A DNA stretch of 64,000 nucleotides from Candidatus Marinacidobacterales bacterium. Lineage in GTDB: Bacteria > Acidobacteriota > Vicinamibacteria > Marinacidobacterales > SMYC01. The stretch spans positions 1 through 64,000 of the forward strand of contig OZ250169.1 of NCBI GenBank assembly GCA_965237955.1, read 5' to 3'. The notes below the pieces were generated by a model. That model was not told where the DNA came from. It saw nothing but the letters and a program-made list of their open reading frames with translations, and made no database searches. Position 1 is the stretch's first letter. Every line of letters begins with the position of its first letter. Positions 40,195-51,124 of the stretch are shown piece after piece. Both the position numbers and the translations under genes were made by a program.

Positions 40195-41658
40195 ATGAAG
40201 ACTGTATTTCTTTCGGTCTTATCAATAGTTGTTTCCGCGCTTGGACGCACAACGCTCCTGACGGCAATGCTCAGCATCGCCGGCGGACCGCTACTGGCAC
40301 AAGGCAAGGAGCCACTCACCGACCGCTATCGAGAGGCTGCCGGCCGGATTCTCGGTACAGCGCTTCAAGATGTGGAAGGCTGGGAGAAACTCACGTACCT
40401 CACGACCGAGATAGGCCACCGGCTGAGTGGCTCGTCCGGACTGGAGAGAGCCATCGAGTGGGCGCATGCCCGGATGAAAGTAGAGGGGCTTCAGAACGTG
40501 CGGCTCCAACCGGTCAAGGTCCCTCACTGGGTGCGCGGGAAGGAGTACGCCGAGGTCGTGTCACCGGTCGAGAAACCGCTCGGGATACTGGGGCTCGGAG
40601 GAAGCGTGGGGACTCCGCCGGAGGGGATCACCGCCCTGATCGTGGTGGTGCGAAGCTTCGACGAGCTCGAGGCGCTTGGCCGGGAGAAGGTGGAAGGGAA
40701 GATCCTGCTCTATGCCCCACCGTGGATGGACTATTCGCGTAATGTAGCGTACCGCCGTGCGGGCGCTTCACGAGCGGCGAAACTGGGAGCGGTTGCGGCT
40801 CTCGTCCGCTCGGTGACTGATCGGAGCCTCTACACTCCCCATACCGGCTCCATGCAATACGAGGATGATATCCCCCAGATTCCCGCCGCCGCGGTAACGG
40901 TCGAGGACATGGGTTGGATGCACCGGATGACGAAAGCCGGGCACGAGGTCGAGGTCAAGCTCTATATGGAAGCCAAGAACTTACCCGAAGCAGACTCCGC
41001 CAATGTGATCGCGGAGATAATAGGAAGCGAAAAGCCGGAAGAGATTGTTGTGATGGGCGGACACTTCGACTCATGGGACGTGGGCCAAGGTGCCCACGAC
41101 GACGGCGCGGCCTGTATTGCCGCCTGGCAGGCTCTCAAGATCTTGAAGGATGTCGGACTGCGCCCCCGCCGAACGTTGCGGGTCGTGCTTTGGACGAACG
41201 AGGAGAATGGGCTCGGGGGCGGTCGAGCCTACCGCGAGTCCGTTGGAGACGACATCGGCAATCACGTCGCTGCCATCGAGATGGATGGCGGAGTCGAAAA
41301 ACCCATTGGATTCGGCTTCGGCCTCGAAGGCGTCGACCGCGATGACACCAGCAATCCGCCCTACGAGGTCGCTTTCGAAAAGCTCCGACAGATCGGCCGC
41401 TTGCTAGACGGTATCGATGCCGGCGAAATCCAGCGCGGAGGAGGGGGAGCGGACATCGGCCCTCTCATGCGAGATGGGGTTCCCGGGCTATCGGCGCGAA
41501 ATGTGCACGACCACTACCGGGACTGGCATCACACGCACGCCGACACGCTCGACAAGGTGGATCCTCAGGACTTCCGTCAGTCCATTGCCCTGCTGGCCGT
41601 CATGGGGTATGTGCTGGCCGACATGCCCGGCCGGCTGGTTCCTATTGGGGGCAAGTAA
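40195..41658 (+). CDS. M28 family peptidase (carboxypeptidase Q-like, PA domain)
   Basis: GHRLSGS, PHTG, GGHFDSWD, GAHDDG, NEENGL, HHTHADT. Confidence 0.9.
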   Translation: MKTVFLSVLSIVVSALGRTTLLTAMLSIAGGPLLAQGKEPLTDRYREAAGRILGTALQDVEGWEKLTYLTTEIGHRLSGSSGLERAIEWAHARMKVEGLQNVRLQPVKVPHWVRGKEYAEVVSPVEKPLGILGLGGSVGTPPEGITALIVVVRSFDELEALGREKVEGKILLYAPPWMDYSRNVAYRRAGASRAAKLGAVAALVRSVTDRSLYTPHTGSMQYEDDIPQIPAAAVTVEDMGWMHRMTKAGHEVEVKLYMEAKNLPEADSANVIAEIIGSEKPEEIVVMGGHFDSWDVGQGAHDDGAACIAAWQALKILKDVGLRPRRTLRVVLWTNEENGLGGGRAYRESVGDDIGNHVAAIEMDGGVEKPIGFGFGLEGVDRDDTSNPPYEVAFEKLRQIGRLLDGIDAGEIQRGGGGADIGPLMRDGVPGLSARNVHDHYRDWHHTHADTLDKVDPQDFRQSIALLAVMGYVLADMPGRLVPIGGK

Positions 41659-41704
41659 GTAAAGCACGTCTCCCGTGTTGGACAGTCCCATAGTTGCTGT
41701 TTAC

Positions 41705-41733
41705 TTGACACGGGTAAAGCACGAGCATACAGT
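41705..41733 (+). promoter_or_regulatory. Putative sigma70 promoter
   Basis: TTGACA-N17-TACAGT upstream of the creatininase-family gene. Confidence 0.6.
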
Positions 41734-41792
41734 ACCGCATTGTTCGAATCCTTCATGGAAGAATCGAATCATAAGAACGTGAGGTCAGTGCG

Positions 41793-42551
41793 ATGAGGCC
41801 TTTAGTGTTGATGTCGGTGGTCCTGCTAGCTCCCGCGATGGGGTTCAGCCAGACAAAGTCTGTGATGATTGAAGATCTAACTACCAATGAAGTGGCCGAT
41901 CGCATCGCGGGTGGCGAGACAACGGCAATCTACTATGTCGGCGGAGCTCACGAGAACGGCGAAGTGGTGGCGATCGGGAAACACAACTTCCTGGTAACGC
42001 ACATGGCGCGACGCGTCGCCGAAGAATTGGGTAATGCTCTCGTGTATCCCATTAACCCGTATGCCCCAGCGGGAGACCCCGTCAAAAGAACTGGGGAAAT
42101 GAGGTTCCCGGGAACAACTTCGCTCAGCGAGGAAACATTTGCCGCAGTTTCGAAAGCTATTGCGTATAGCGCGATAGCCGCAGGATTTAAGCATGTGGCA
42201 CTCATGGGCGACCACTATGGTGGTCAGGACTCGCTTAGGAAAATCGCATTGGAACTGGACGCCGAGTGGTCGTCCAAAGGCGTTCGGGTCTTCTACGTTC
42301 CCGTCTATGACGAGGGCGAAGGACAAATGAAGGAGCATCTTGCGCGATTGAACGTACCGCCCGAGCGCCGAACCCCGATTGATGACGCCTCAGAGGTCAT
42401 GGCCATCGACGCCGAGAACAGGTGGGTCCGTAAAGATCGAATCCCACCGGAGGATGCGAAGATCGCTTCCGCTGAGCTCGGAAGGACCTTCATCGAGAAC
42501 AAAGTCAGAAGCGCTGTAGCTCATATTCGTAAGCAAGTCGAAGCGCCTTGA
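41793..42551 (+). CDS. Secreted creatininase-family protein
   Basis: IEDLT..EV, GGAHENG, FPGTTSL, GFKHVALMGDHYGGQ; signal peptide. Confidence 0.8.
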   Translation: MRPLVLMSVVLLAPAMGFSQTKSVMIEDLTTNEVADRIAGGETTAIYYVGGAHENGEVVAIGKHNFLVTHMARRVAEELGNALVYPINPYAPAGDPVKRTGEMRFPGTTSLSEETFAAVSKAIAYSAIAAGFKHVALMGDHYGGQDSLRKIALELDAEWSSKGVRVFYVPVYDEGEGQMKEHLARLNVPPERRTPIDDASEVMAIDAENRWVRKDRIPPEDAKIASAELGRTFIENKVRSAVAHIRKQVEAP

Positions 42552-42644
42552 GACAGCTGTTATCATGCCATGCGCTCCGTATCCTGGGGCGGTCGCAACG
42601 CCGATGGTAAGATTCAAGAAACGAAACAGTCGGGAGAATCGCTC

Positions 42645-45600
42645 ATGAAGGCGCGTCGGCAATATTGGGCAGGGTTTCTGGCTCTCGCGATCTATTTCAC
42701 GCTTGCTTCCGTCTCCCCGCTTGTCGCCCAGGGAAGCTCGAGCAACTATGAGGAGAACGAGGCGAACGTGACGGTCTCGCCCTCGCTTCTCGAGGGCATG
42801 AAGTTTCGCTCGATCAACTTCTCGCGAGGGGGGCGCGCCACCGCGGCGACGGGCGTTCGCGGCCAGCCGCTAATCTACTACCTGGGCGCTGCCGGCGGCG
42901 GTGTGTGGAAGACAACCGATGGCGGGGATCATTGGCAGAACGTCTCCGATGGCTTCTTCGGCGTGGGCTCGGTGGGAGCCATCGCGGTGGCGGAATCCGA
43001 CCCCAATGTCGTGTACGTCGGCACCGGATCGGCTTGTCCGCGCGGGAACGTCTCGGTGGGCGACGGTATCTATAGGTCGTCGAACGGCGGGAAGACCTGG
43101 AAGCACGTGGGATTGCGGCAGGCGGGACAGATTGGAAAGATTCGCATCCATCCCCGGAACCCCGACCTGGTCTACGTTGCGGTGCTGGGACACATTTTCG
43201 GGCCGAACGAAGAGCGAGGAGTGTTTCGTTCCCAAGACGGCGGGGAGACCTGGGAGAAGGTGCTTTTCCTCAGCGACCGCACGGGCTTCGTCGATCTTTC
43301 CATGGACGTGACCAATCCACGCATCCTTTATGCCGGGGCCTGGCGGGCGGAGCGCAAGCCTTGGAAGATAATCTCGGGAAGCGAGGACGGGGGCATTTTC
43401 AAGACCACGGACGGCGGAGACAACTGGAAACGGCTCGAAGGCGGTCTCCCCACCGGCCTGATAGGCAAGACATCCGTGGCGGTATCGCCCGCCAACCCGA
43501 ATCGTGTATGGGTTTTGATCGAGGCGAAAGGAGACAAGGGCGGCGTTTACCGGACGGATGATGGGGGCGATAGCTGGCGCCGCGTCAACGCCAGTTGGAA
43601 TCTGCGCCAGCGCCCCTGGTACTACATTCATATCTTCGCCGACCCAAAGGACGAGAACACGGTCTATGCGCTGAACTCCAGCTTCTTCAAATCGATCGAC
43701 GGGGGGAAAAACTTCGACATCCAGATCAACCCTCCGCACGGGGACAATCATGACCTATGGATCAATCCCGATGACCCGAAGATTATGATCAACTCCAACG
43801 ATGGGGGCTCGAACGTCTCTTTCAACGGAGGGGAATCCTGGTCCTGGCTGATGAACCAGCCGACGGCGGAGATCTACCGGCTGTCCGTGGATAATCAATG
43901 GCCTTACCGTGTGTACGGCGCTCAGCAGGACAACACAACCATCTCCGTGCCCAGCCACGGACTCGCTGCTTGGAGCCGGCTGTCTACGGATTGGTATCAG
44001 GTCGGCGGGTGTGAAAGCGGTCACATCGCCGTCGATCCCCAGGACCCCAACATTATTTATGCCGGGTGCTACTGGGGCAGGATCACGCGCATCGACCGGG
44101 CGGCCGGGAAGTACCGCGAGATTCTTACCTACCCGCAGTATCCGCGCGGCGAGGCGGCGCGAGACCTCAAGTACCGCTTCCAGTGGAACGCGCCGATACG
44201 TCTCTCACCCCACGACCCTGACGTTGTTTACCATGCTTCTCAAGTGATCCACCGTTCCAAGGACGGCGGTCAGAGGTGGGAAGTGATTAGCCCCGATCTG
44301 ACGACCAACAACCCCGAGCACCAGGACTATGGGGGAGGTCCGGTCACTCACGAAAGCACGGGGGTAGAGATCTACAACACGGTCTTCGCTTTCGAGGAAT
44401 CACCGCACCAGGCGGGTCTTCTGTGGGCAGGAAGCGACGACGGAAAGGTCCACCTATCCCGCGACAACGGCGCCAACTGGAAGGAGGTGACGCCGAAAGA
44501 CATGCCGCAGGGCGGGACGGTCAACGTGATCGATCTGTCGGCGCACGGCGCCGGCCGTGCGCACATTGCTGTTTACCGCTATCGCGAAAACGATTTCCGG
44601 CCCTACATCTTCCAGACCAACAACTTCGGAGAGAGCTGGAAGCTCTTGACGGACGGCACGAACGGGATCCCGGCCACGCACTTCACGAGAGCGATCCGTG
44701 AGGATCCAGACCGCCGGGGGCTCCTCTACGCGGGGACGGAGTTCAGTTTGTATATCTCCTTCGACGACGGAGCGCACTGGCAGCGCTTCCAGAACAACCT
44801 GCCGGTGACACCGGTGACGGACCTTCGGGTTCATCGCAAGGATCTGGTCGTCTCTACACAGGGCCGAGCGTTTTGGATCCTGGACGATGTGGCGCCGCTC
44901 CACCAGATCACGGACGAAGTGCAGAAGGCGGATATGTATCTGTTCGAGCCGCGGGTGGCCTATCGAGGCGGCTATCAGGGCGGTGCACGGATCAACTACT
45001 ACGTCGGGAAGATGCCGGAAGGAGAGGTGACGCTTCAGATCCTGGACGAGAGCGGCGAGGTCCTGCGCACGTTCAAGGGTACGCCGGGCGAAGAAGCAGA
45101 CTCTGTGGCCTCTGTCCGCGAGGCTCGAGAGCCCAAGCTTCCGGTCGCGGAGGGTTTCAACACGTTGATGTGGAACCTGCGCGGCGAGGCGTTGGAGACG
45201 GATATCCACTTGCACCTGCTGGAGGATGAGAAGGGCGCGGAGCACGTTGACGGCACACCCGGACTGGCGGTGGTTCCCGGCAGGTACCAGGTTCGTCTCT
45301 CGGTCGGCGAGTGGATCCAGACGCAGCCCCTGCAAATCGAGATCCTTCCCAACCTGAGCACGACGGTGGAGGCGCTCCAGGAGCAGTACGACTTGGGAGC
45401 TGAAATCGCCGGGAAGCTGAAGGAAGTCTACGACGGCCTTACCACCGTGCGGGACATCAAGGCGCAGACGACGGGGATCCTCAATCGCATCGAGAAGGCC
45501 GGCGTCGAGGCGGGAGAGATATCGGAAGCGGCCAAGGCGATGACCGAGAAGCTGAGCGAGATCGAGAAAAAGATGACTAAAGGTCTTCCACTCGGCTTCA

Positions 45601-45902
45601 CAGATAGTGGAGGCACTATCCCACCCACGCTGGACGACCAGTTGGTGTGGCTATACGCCTACGTCGCGGGTGGCGTTGATGAGCCGACGGCGGGTGCGCG
45701 CGAGCGCTTCAACGATCTGAAGCCCAAGGTGGCGGAGCTGATGGGGAAGCTCCAGGAGGTGATCTCGACCGATCTCGCCGCCTTCAACGAGAAGGTGCGC
45801 GCGCAGAACGTGCCGCCGGTGGTCGTTGCCCCCGGCGGCCGTCTGACCACCACGGAGCAAAGCAATGGCTCGTCCACGTTCACCAAGCGCGATGAGAAGT
45901 GA
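42645..45902 (+). CDS. Secreted VPS10/BNR-repeat protein (intact paralogue A)
   Basis: Asp-box repeats, [24 protein letters not shown]-terminal coiled coil. Confidence 0.88.
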   Translation: MKARRQYWAGFLALAIYFTLASVSPLVAQGSSSNYEENEANVTVSPSLLEGMKFRSINFSRGGRATAATGVRGQPLIYYLGAAGGGVWKTTDGGDHWQNVSDGFFGVGSVGAIAVAESDPNVVYVGTGSACPRGNVSVGDGIYRSSNGGKTWKHVGLRQAGQIGKIRIHPRNPDLVYVAVLGHIFGPNEERGVFRSQDGGETWEKVLFLSDRTGFVDLSMDVTNPRILYAGAWRAERKPWKIISGSEDGGIFKTTDGGDNWKRLEGGLPTGLIGKTSVAVSPANPNRVWVLIEAKGDKGGVYRTDDGGDSWRRVNASWNLRQRPWYYIHIFADPKDENTVYALNSSFFKSIDGGKNFDIQINPPHGDNHDLWINPDDPKIMINSNDGGSNVSFNGGESWSWLMNQPTAEIYRLSVDNQWPYRVYGAQQDNTTISVPSHGLAAWSRLSTDWYQVGGCESGHIAVDPQDPNIIYAGCYWGRITRIDRAAGKYREILTYPQYPRGEAARDLKYRFQWNAPIRLSPHDPDVVYHASQVIHRSKDGGQRWEVISPDLTTNNPEHQDYGGGPVTHESTGVEIYNTVFAFEESPHQAGLLWAGSDDGKVHLSRDNGANWKEVTPKDMPQGGTVNVIDLSAHGAGRAHIAVYRYRENDFRPYIFQTNNFGESWKLLTDGTNGIPATHFTRAIREDPDRRGLLYAGTEFSLYISFDDGAHWQRFQNNLPVTPVTDLRVHRKDLVVSTQGRAFWILDDVAPLHQITDEVQKADMYLFEPRVAYRGGYQGGARINYYVGKMPEGEVTLQILDESGEVLRTFKGTPGEEADSVASVREAREPKLPVAEGFNTLMWNLRGEALETDIHLHLLEDEKGAEHVDGTPGLAVVPGRYQVRLSVGEWIQTQPLQIEILPNLSTTVEALQEQYDLGAEIAGKLKEVYDGLTTVRDIKAQTTGILNRIEKAGVEAGEISEAAKAMTEKLSEIEKKMTKGLPLGFTDSGGTIPPTLDDQLVWLYAYVAGGVDEPTAGARERFNDLKPKVAELMGKLQEVISTDLAAFNEKVRAQNVPPVVVAPGGRLTTTEQSNGSSTFTKRDEK

Positions 45903-46128
45903 AAACTTGGGCTGAGTAGGATGACCGGACGGAGAGGGGGCCGTCCTTCGGGTTTCGCTGTCCCTTCTTTACCTGCCGCTCTTCGAGCTTCAGCCGACGG
46001 TGGAAGGCCTCGGGCTTGAGCTCGGTATTCTGCTCTCGTTTCTCCTCGCCTGGTTTGTGGCGGGAAACGTCGGGCGAGGGTCGAAGTCCACGACCGTGAC
46101 CGCGACCGCGGGAGCGTGAGCGAGCTGA

Positions 46129-48207
46129 CTAGCTCGAATCCGTGGCCACGCTCTCCGTCCGGTACTTATCGAACCACGCCACGATGTTCGCCACCTTGGC
46201 GATGAGGTGGCTGGGTCGGTCGGCGATCCAGTGCGAGGCGCCGGGAACGCGAACCAAAGCGGTATCGATCTTGCGAAGCTTGAGTGCCTGGTAGTACTGC
46301 TCCGAGTCCGACATCGGGGTCCGATAGTCCTGCTCCCCGGTGAGCACCATCGTGGGCGTCGTCACGTTCCCCACCAGCGATAGCGGAGATCGCCTCATGT
46401 AGTGATCTTCATGCTCCCAGGGAGGGCCCCCCGGAAACCAATACTTGTAACCGGACGCGATGTCGGTCGTAAGAACCCAGCTGTACCAGTTGATCACCGG
46501 CTTGGCGGAGACCGCCGCACGGAATCGGTCAGTCCGACCCACCACCCAGCTCGTCAGCACACCGCCGCCGCTTCCGCCGGTCACGAAGAGATTGCGGTCG
46601 TCGATATAGCCGCGTGCGATCACCGCGTCGACGCCCGACATGAGATCGTCGTAATCCTCGCCGGGATAGTTGTGGTGGATGAGGTTGCCGAACTCCTGCC
46701 CGTAGCTATTGCTGCCTCTCGGGTTGGTGTAGAGAACGACGTAACCGGTCGCAGCATAGAGCTGGATCTCCGCCGAGAAACGGGGGCCGTAGTTCGACAC
46801 CGGCCCTCCATGGATCTCGAGAAGCAGAGGATACTTCTTGGACGGGTCGAACCCGGGAGGTTTTGCGATCCATCCGTGAACCCTGCGCCCGTCGTGCGAG
46901 GATTCGTACCAGATCTCTTCCACCGGGGCGAGCTCCTTGTGGCCCAGTAGATCCTCGTTGAGTGCGGTCAGCGACTTTGCTGCGGTGCCGCGACGCCCGA
47001 TGGCGACATCCGATGGCGCGTCCGGGCGGGATCGGGTGAAGGCATACCAGCCGTTCGGAGCCACCGAGTATTCCCCGCCGCTGTACGGGCGCCCGATGGA
47101 CGTGCCTCCTACGCTTCCGGCCAGATCCTGAACCTCTCCATCCAGCGTCATATGAGCGAGCTTCGTCTGGCCCTCGTCGTCGTACTGGAAGAAGATGCCT
47201 CGTCCATCCTCGCTCCAGACCGGGGCTTGAACGTCACGGTCGAACGCCGAGCTCACCAATCGCGGGTTGCTTCCGTCGCGATTCATGACGTAGAGGCGCG
47301 TGATCTGGTAGAACTGGTAGGTATCGTCGAACCCGAGATAGGCAATCCACCGTCCGTCCGGAGAGAGCGCCGGAGATTTGTCGGGACCTTTCCGGTCGGT
47401 CAGCGCAGCGACCGTGCCGTCTTCGACGGACACGTCGTAAATTTCGGAGTTCCGGTGATCGTATTCCCAGTCCTCGATTCGATTGGCGGAAAAGATGATG
47501 GACTTCCCATCCGGTGTGAAGACCAAATTCCCCCCGTGGTGGTAGGGACCGCTGGTCAACTGTCTCGGCGTGCCGCCCTCGGAAGAAAGTACGAAGAGAT
47601 GCCGGTAGCCTTGTTTCAGGTACCCTTGCCCGTCGGCTCGATAGATCAGTCGGTCGATGACCTTGACCGGAGGCGCCCACTCGGCCCCCTCGGGTTTCGA
47701 GGGCATGGGCGCGAGGCGCTCTCGCTTTTCGGGAACCAGCATCGAAAAGGCAATCAGCTTCCCATCGGGCGACCAAGCGGGACCCTCCGGGTTCTCGCCG
47801 AGTTGCGTCAGCTGGGCGGTCTGTCCTGTATCCATCCAGCGAACGTAGAGCTGCTCCGATCCTTCGCGGTTCGAGACATAGAGGAGTCGCTCTCCATCGG
47901 GCGACCAGCGCGGCGAGTGGTCGTTGTAATTGCCCGAGGTGAGCGGGCGGTGCTTCGCGCCGTCGGCGTGAACGATCCAGAGGTTGGAACGGAGCACGTC
48001 GCTCATGATGTCCATGAAATTGCGTACGTAGACGACACGGCCTCCGTCCGGTGAGATCCGGGGACTCGACGCATACTCGAGACCGAAAACGTCCATGGGC
48101 TCGAACCGTTTCGAGGTTCCCTCGTTCGATACCGCAGCCTGGGACAGGCACGGCGCTCCGGCGAGTGTCAAGACAAAGACGAGCAATTTGTGATGTTTTT
48201 TGTTCAT
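46129..48207 (-). CDS. S9 family peptidase (acylaminoacyl/dipeptidyl peptidase)
   Basis: PD40 propeller; IHGGP, GGSGGG nucleophile, GEQDYRTP, GASH. Confidence 0.92.
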   Translation of the reverse strand: MNKKHHKLLVFVLTLAGAPCLSQAAVSNEGTSKRFEPMDVFGLEYASSPRISPDGGRVVYVRNFMDIMSDVLRSNLWIVHADGAKHRPLTSGNYNDHSPRWSPDGERLLYVSNREGSEQLYVRWMDTGQTAQLTQLGENPEGPAWSPDGKLIAFSMLVPEKRERLAPMPSKPEGAEWAPPVKVIDRLIYRADGQGYLKQGYRHLFVLSSEGGTPRQLTSGPYHHGGNLVFTPDGKSIIFSANRIEDWEYDHRNSEIYDVSVEDGTVAALTDRKGPDKSPALSPDGRWIAYLGFDDTYQFYQITRLYVMNRDGSNPRLVSSAFDRDVQAPVWSEDGRGIFFQYDDEGQTKLAHMTLDGEVQDLAGSVGGTSIGRPYSGGEYSVAPNGWYAFTRSRPDAPSDVAIGRRGTAAKSLTALNEDLLGHKELAPVEEIWYESSHDGRRVHGWIAKPPGFDPSKKYPLLLEIHGGPVSNYGPRFSAEIQLYAATGYVVLYTNPRGSNSYGQEFGNLIHHNYPGEDYDDLMSGVDAVIARGYIDDRNLFVTGGSGGGVLTSWVVGRTDRFRAAVSAKPVINWYSWVLTTDIASGYKYWFPGGPPWEHEDHYMRRSPLSLVGNVTTPTMVLTGEQDYRTPMSDSEQYYQALKLRKIDTALVRVPGASHWIADRPSHLIAKVANIVAWFDKYRTESVATDSS

Positions 48208-48773
48208 CGCTAGTACCTTTGGGTTCGGAGCTACGAGGCGACGGTGCCGACGGTCGCAAGTCTAAAAGCGGGGCTGCTTCGTGTCAACAGGATGTCTCGG
48301 AGGTCGCAACAGGGCTCGTGCGGTGCCGAAGGGAAGGGAGTCGCGCGACCCGGTAGCCCGCCGATCTGCTCCCATCCGGTTCCTGCGTTTCTCCCCCGGC
48401 GTGCATATTGTTCCGCTTCTGTCTCTTTGTGCCTGTACCGCCTTCGAGATTCGAGAGGAGCAGATATCCGCTTAATCCAGTGATGATGGAGAACATTGGA
48501 CGACGTTTCAGAATGGTGTCAGATCCGGCAATTACACGATCCGACTCTTTGCGGCTCGAACAGAGGACCGCTCTACCAGAAGAATAAGAAAGGCCTCTTT
48601 CAGCCATTTTCAAATACATCGGGGAAAAGGCCGCTTAGTGTTCAAACACGGCCGCGTCCCAGCTCCAGGGCAAAGAAACTTCCGTTTTGTGGCAAGTTCG
48701 GTGTCCTGCTGTGGCGCCTTGGCCTGGGCTACTACGCGCGCGACGTCGATATCAAGGAGGTTTGAGCCTTTCC

Positions 48774-49550
48774 CTACCGGTCGGGCATCATTGGCCGAGC
48801 ACTGGCTTGTTCGCTAGAAAGCTCGAAATCGCCCTGATTACAATTCGTCGCTTTGTAATCCAGCTCAATGTCTTGGTCTTTATATCGGAAGTAGACCGTC
48901 TTGCCTTTGATGCTGACTTCGATGGGCCATGAGACATTGTTGGTTATGGTGATGGGCCGGTTGGGGTCTCGCCCCAGAAGGTACTTGGCCTCGAACCCGC
49001 CTCGGTCTCCGAAACGCAGTCGAGCCGCGCGATCCGTGACCTCCTGATCGATATTTATATAGTCGAAGCCAAGGAACTGTCTATCCGTATAGGACGTGTG
49101 AAGAACCGAGCCTCGTCCGCTTGGCTCCGGACCGATCAATCCTGACGCGTTGGCTTTGATCGGCCAGAGCCGGACCAAGCACACGGGTCGACCCGTTAGA
49201 GCGTACGTTATCTCCTCCATGGCGCGACGTTGCTCCGCCGTGCCCCGGGCATCGAGCAACGCTCGAAAGCCCCGGGCGCCTTCCACCCCGCCAACGTGCA
49301 TGTCGGTCAACTTCACGCCCCCAAACTCTCCTTCCTTGATCCAGTACGACCACATGGCGTAGCAGTAGTCGTGCGGGGAAGGAAGCTCGCCAAAGTTGCA
49401 GTTACAGGGGACGTCGCAGGTGCAGGCTTCTGTCAGCTGGCCCTTGATGTGCCAGGATGGAAGCTTCCTCTCTTGGCGGTTGGAGGAGGTCAGCGGCAAC
49501 AGCGCCAGTGGCAAGAGTGCGATGCCGATCCAAAACCGGAGATTGCCCAT
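48774..49550 (-). CDS. DUF1326-like protein with signal peptide
   Basis: WHIKGQLTEACTCDVPCNC Cys motif; IKEGEFGGVKL. Confidence 0.7.
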   Translation of the reverse strand: MGNLRFWIGIALLPLALLPLTSSNRQERKLPSWHIKGQLTEACTCDVPCNCNFGELPSPHDYCYAMWSYWIKEGEFGGVKLTDMHVGGVEGARGFRALLDARGTAEQRRAMEEITYALTGRPVCLVRLWPIKANASGLIGPEPSGRGSVLHTSYTDRQFLGFDYINIDQEVTDRAARLRFGDRGGFEAKYLLGRDPNRPITITNNVSWPIEVSIKGKTVYFRYKDQDIELDYKATNCNQGDFELSSEQASARPMMPDR

Positions 49551-49587
49551 GATTCAACTCCTACTCTTCCGTTGGCTACTAAACATT

Positions 49588-50781
49588 CTATTCTGGTGCG
49601 AACGAGGGTTCGTATACTTTCTTTACGATGGCCCAGGACCCGTTCAGCGGGAAAGGTAAGCTCATCTCGCCGTCGCTGAGCGGCCGAAGCTTTTGGCGTA
49701 CCTCCGCTCTGAAATCGGAGAGGCTTGCTCTGACATATCCACCTATCGAGGCGCTGCCGTCGATCGAATGCTTCGCAGCCAGCGCCGCAAATTTCTCGCC
49801 GCGCTGGATCCTTTCGAAAAGGTCCTCGGCCTCATTCCTTCCACGTACAACTATGATCTCGTAAATGCTGTAGGCTTCCTCTAATGGGATGTTTTGACGC
49901 GACACGCCTGGCAACAACGCGCCTAGATACCTGACGGTCTCTAGGGTCAAGGGGTCCCCCAGCCCCACAGTTCCCTCCAGAATTGCCAGCGCTCGCTTGT
50001 GCAGGGCGAAAGCTTCGACTTGCTTCCCTTGCACGCGGTAAACGATGGCCAGGTTGTTCAGGGTCGTAGCCACCTCGGGATGCTCCTTGCCGAAGACGGC
50101 CTCCTCGACTGAGAGCGCCCGTGCGTAGAAGGTTTCCGCCTCGGTGAAGGAACCTCTTTTCGCCTTGAGCAGCGCCAGGTTGCTCAAACCGACTGCAGCC
50201 TGGGCAGACTCGGACCCGATGGCCTCCTCCCATATCGCTAACGCTCGTTTGAAGTGACGCTCGGCTTTCTCGTAACGGTCTTGCTTGAGAAAGAGAAAAG
50301 CCAGATTGTTCAACGTCTCGGGGTTTGGTCCAAAAGACGCTTCGCCAATGTCGAGCGCCCTTTCATAGAGCGCTTCCGCGCGGTCGTACCGCCCTTGCTG
50401 CACGTACAGCCCGGCGAGATTGTAGAGGACGCTTGCGACGTTCGGATGGTGCGATCCGAGCAGGGCTTCGTAGATTTCGAACGCCCTCTGGTACAGTGGC
50501 TCTGCGGCATTCAAGTCGCCTTCGGCGTAGGTGAGAGAGGCGAGGTTGTTCAGGTTGGCGGCAACGTCCAGGTCGTTCGGTCCCCTCGTTTTCTCAAGCC
50601 GTTCGAGAAGCTCCGCTGCCGTTTCTCTGGCTTCGGGAAAACGACCCTGACCGTACAGCTGACCAAACTTTACGGCCAGCTCGGCCAGCTCGTTGCTTTG
50701 CGACAATCCTTTCGTCGCCAAGAATGCGGCGGCCACTATGAACAATAGGGTTTTGCCACCGCAGTGCCAAAAACAGCCCAT
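49588..50781 (-). CDS. Kinesin-light-chain-type TPR protein with a C-terminal parvulin/rotamase-like domain
   Basis: Repeated HPxVAxxLNNLA; GEKFAALAAKHSID..SASIGG. Confidence 0.8.
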   Translation of the reverse strand: MGCFWHCGGKTLLFIVAAAFLATKGLSQSNELAELAVKFGQLYGQGRFPEARETAAELLERLEKTRGPNDLDVAANLNNLASLTYAEGDLNAAEPLYQRAFEIYEALLGSHHPNVASVLYNLAGLYVQQGRYDRAEALYERALDIGEASFGPNPETLNNLAFLFLKQDRYEKAERHFKRALAIWEEAIGSESAQAAVGLSNLALLKAKRGSFTEAETFYARALSVEEAVFGKEHPEVATTLNNLAIVYRVQGKQVEAFALHKRALAILEGTVGLGDPLTLETVRYLGALLPGVSRQNIPLEEAYSIYEIIVVRGRNEAEDLFERIQRGEKFAALAAKHSIDGSASIGGYVRASLSDFRAEVRQKLRPLSDGEMSLPFPLNGSWAIVKKVYEPSFAPE

Positions 50782-50924
50782 TTCGGGAGGAAGGTAGCAC
50801 AAAGGAGGCTGGGGAGACGAAGAGGGCAGGGCGAGGGGCGGTGCATCGTCGCGTCCGAATAGGTCAGCTTGCCTGTGCAAACTCCAAGTCTTATCATCGC
50901 TCGTACGACGATGGGCGACGGCAC

Positions 50925-51122
50925 ATGGCAGGTGGTTTCCGCGAACGGCGAACCCAGTCCGCCGGATCGGGAAGGACACCGACGACTCTTCTCATCCTCC
51001 TGCTCACGATACCGGTCATCGCCTCGGTGCTCCTGTCCTCATGCGGCCTCCTCTGGCCGGCCGCACCCAACGTCCTGCTCATCAGCATCGATACCCTGAG
51101 GGCGGACTACCTGAGCAGTTAA
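50925..51122 (+). pseudogene. Sulfatase N-terminal stub
   Basis: PNVLLISIDTLRADYLS followed by a stop at an oriIS-like motif. Confidence 0.75.
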
Positions 51123-51124
51123 AT

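Noticed and set aside
48478-48765. Possible IS end or gene remnant between the S9 and DUF1326 genes
   Set aside because: No matching partner repeat or recognisable protein motif was found.
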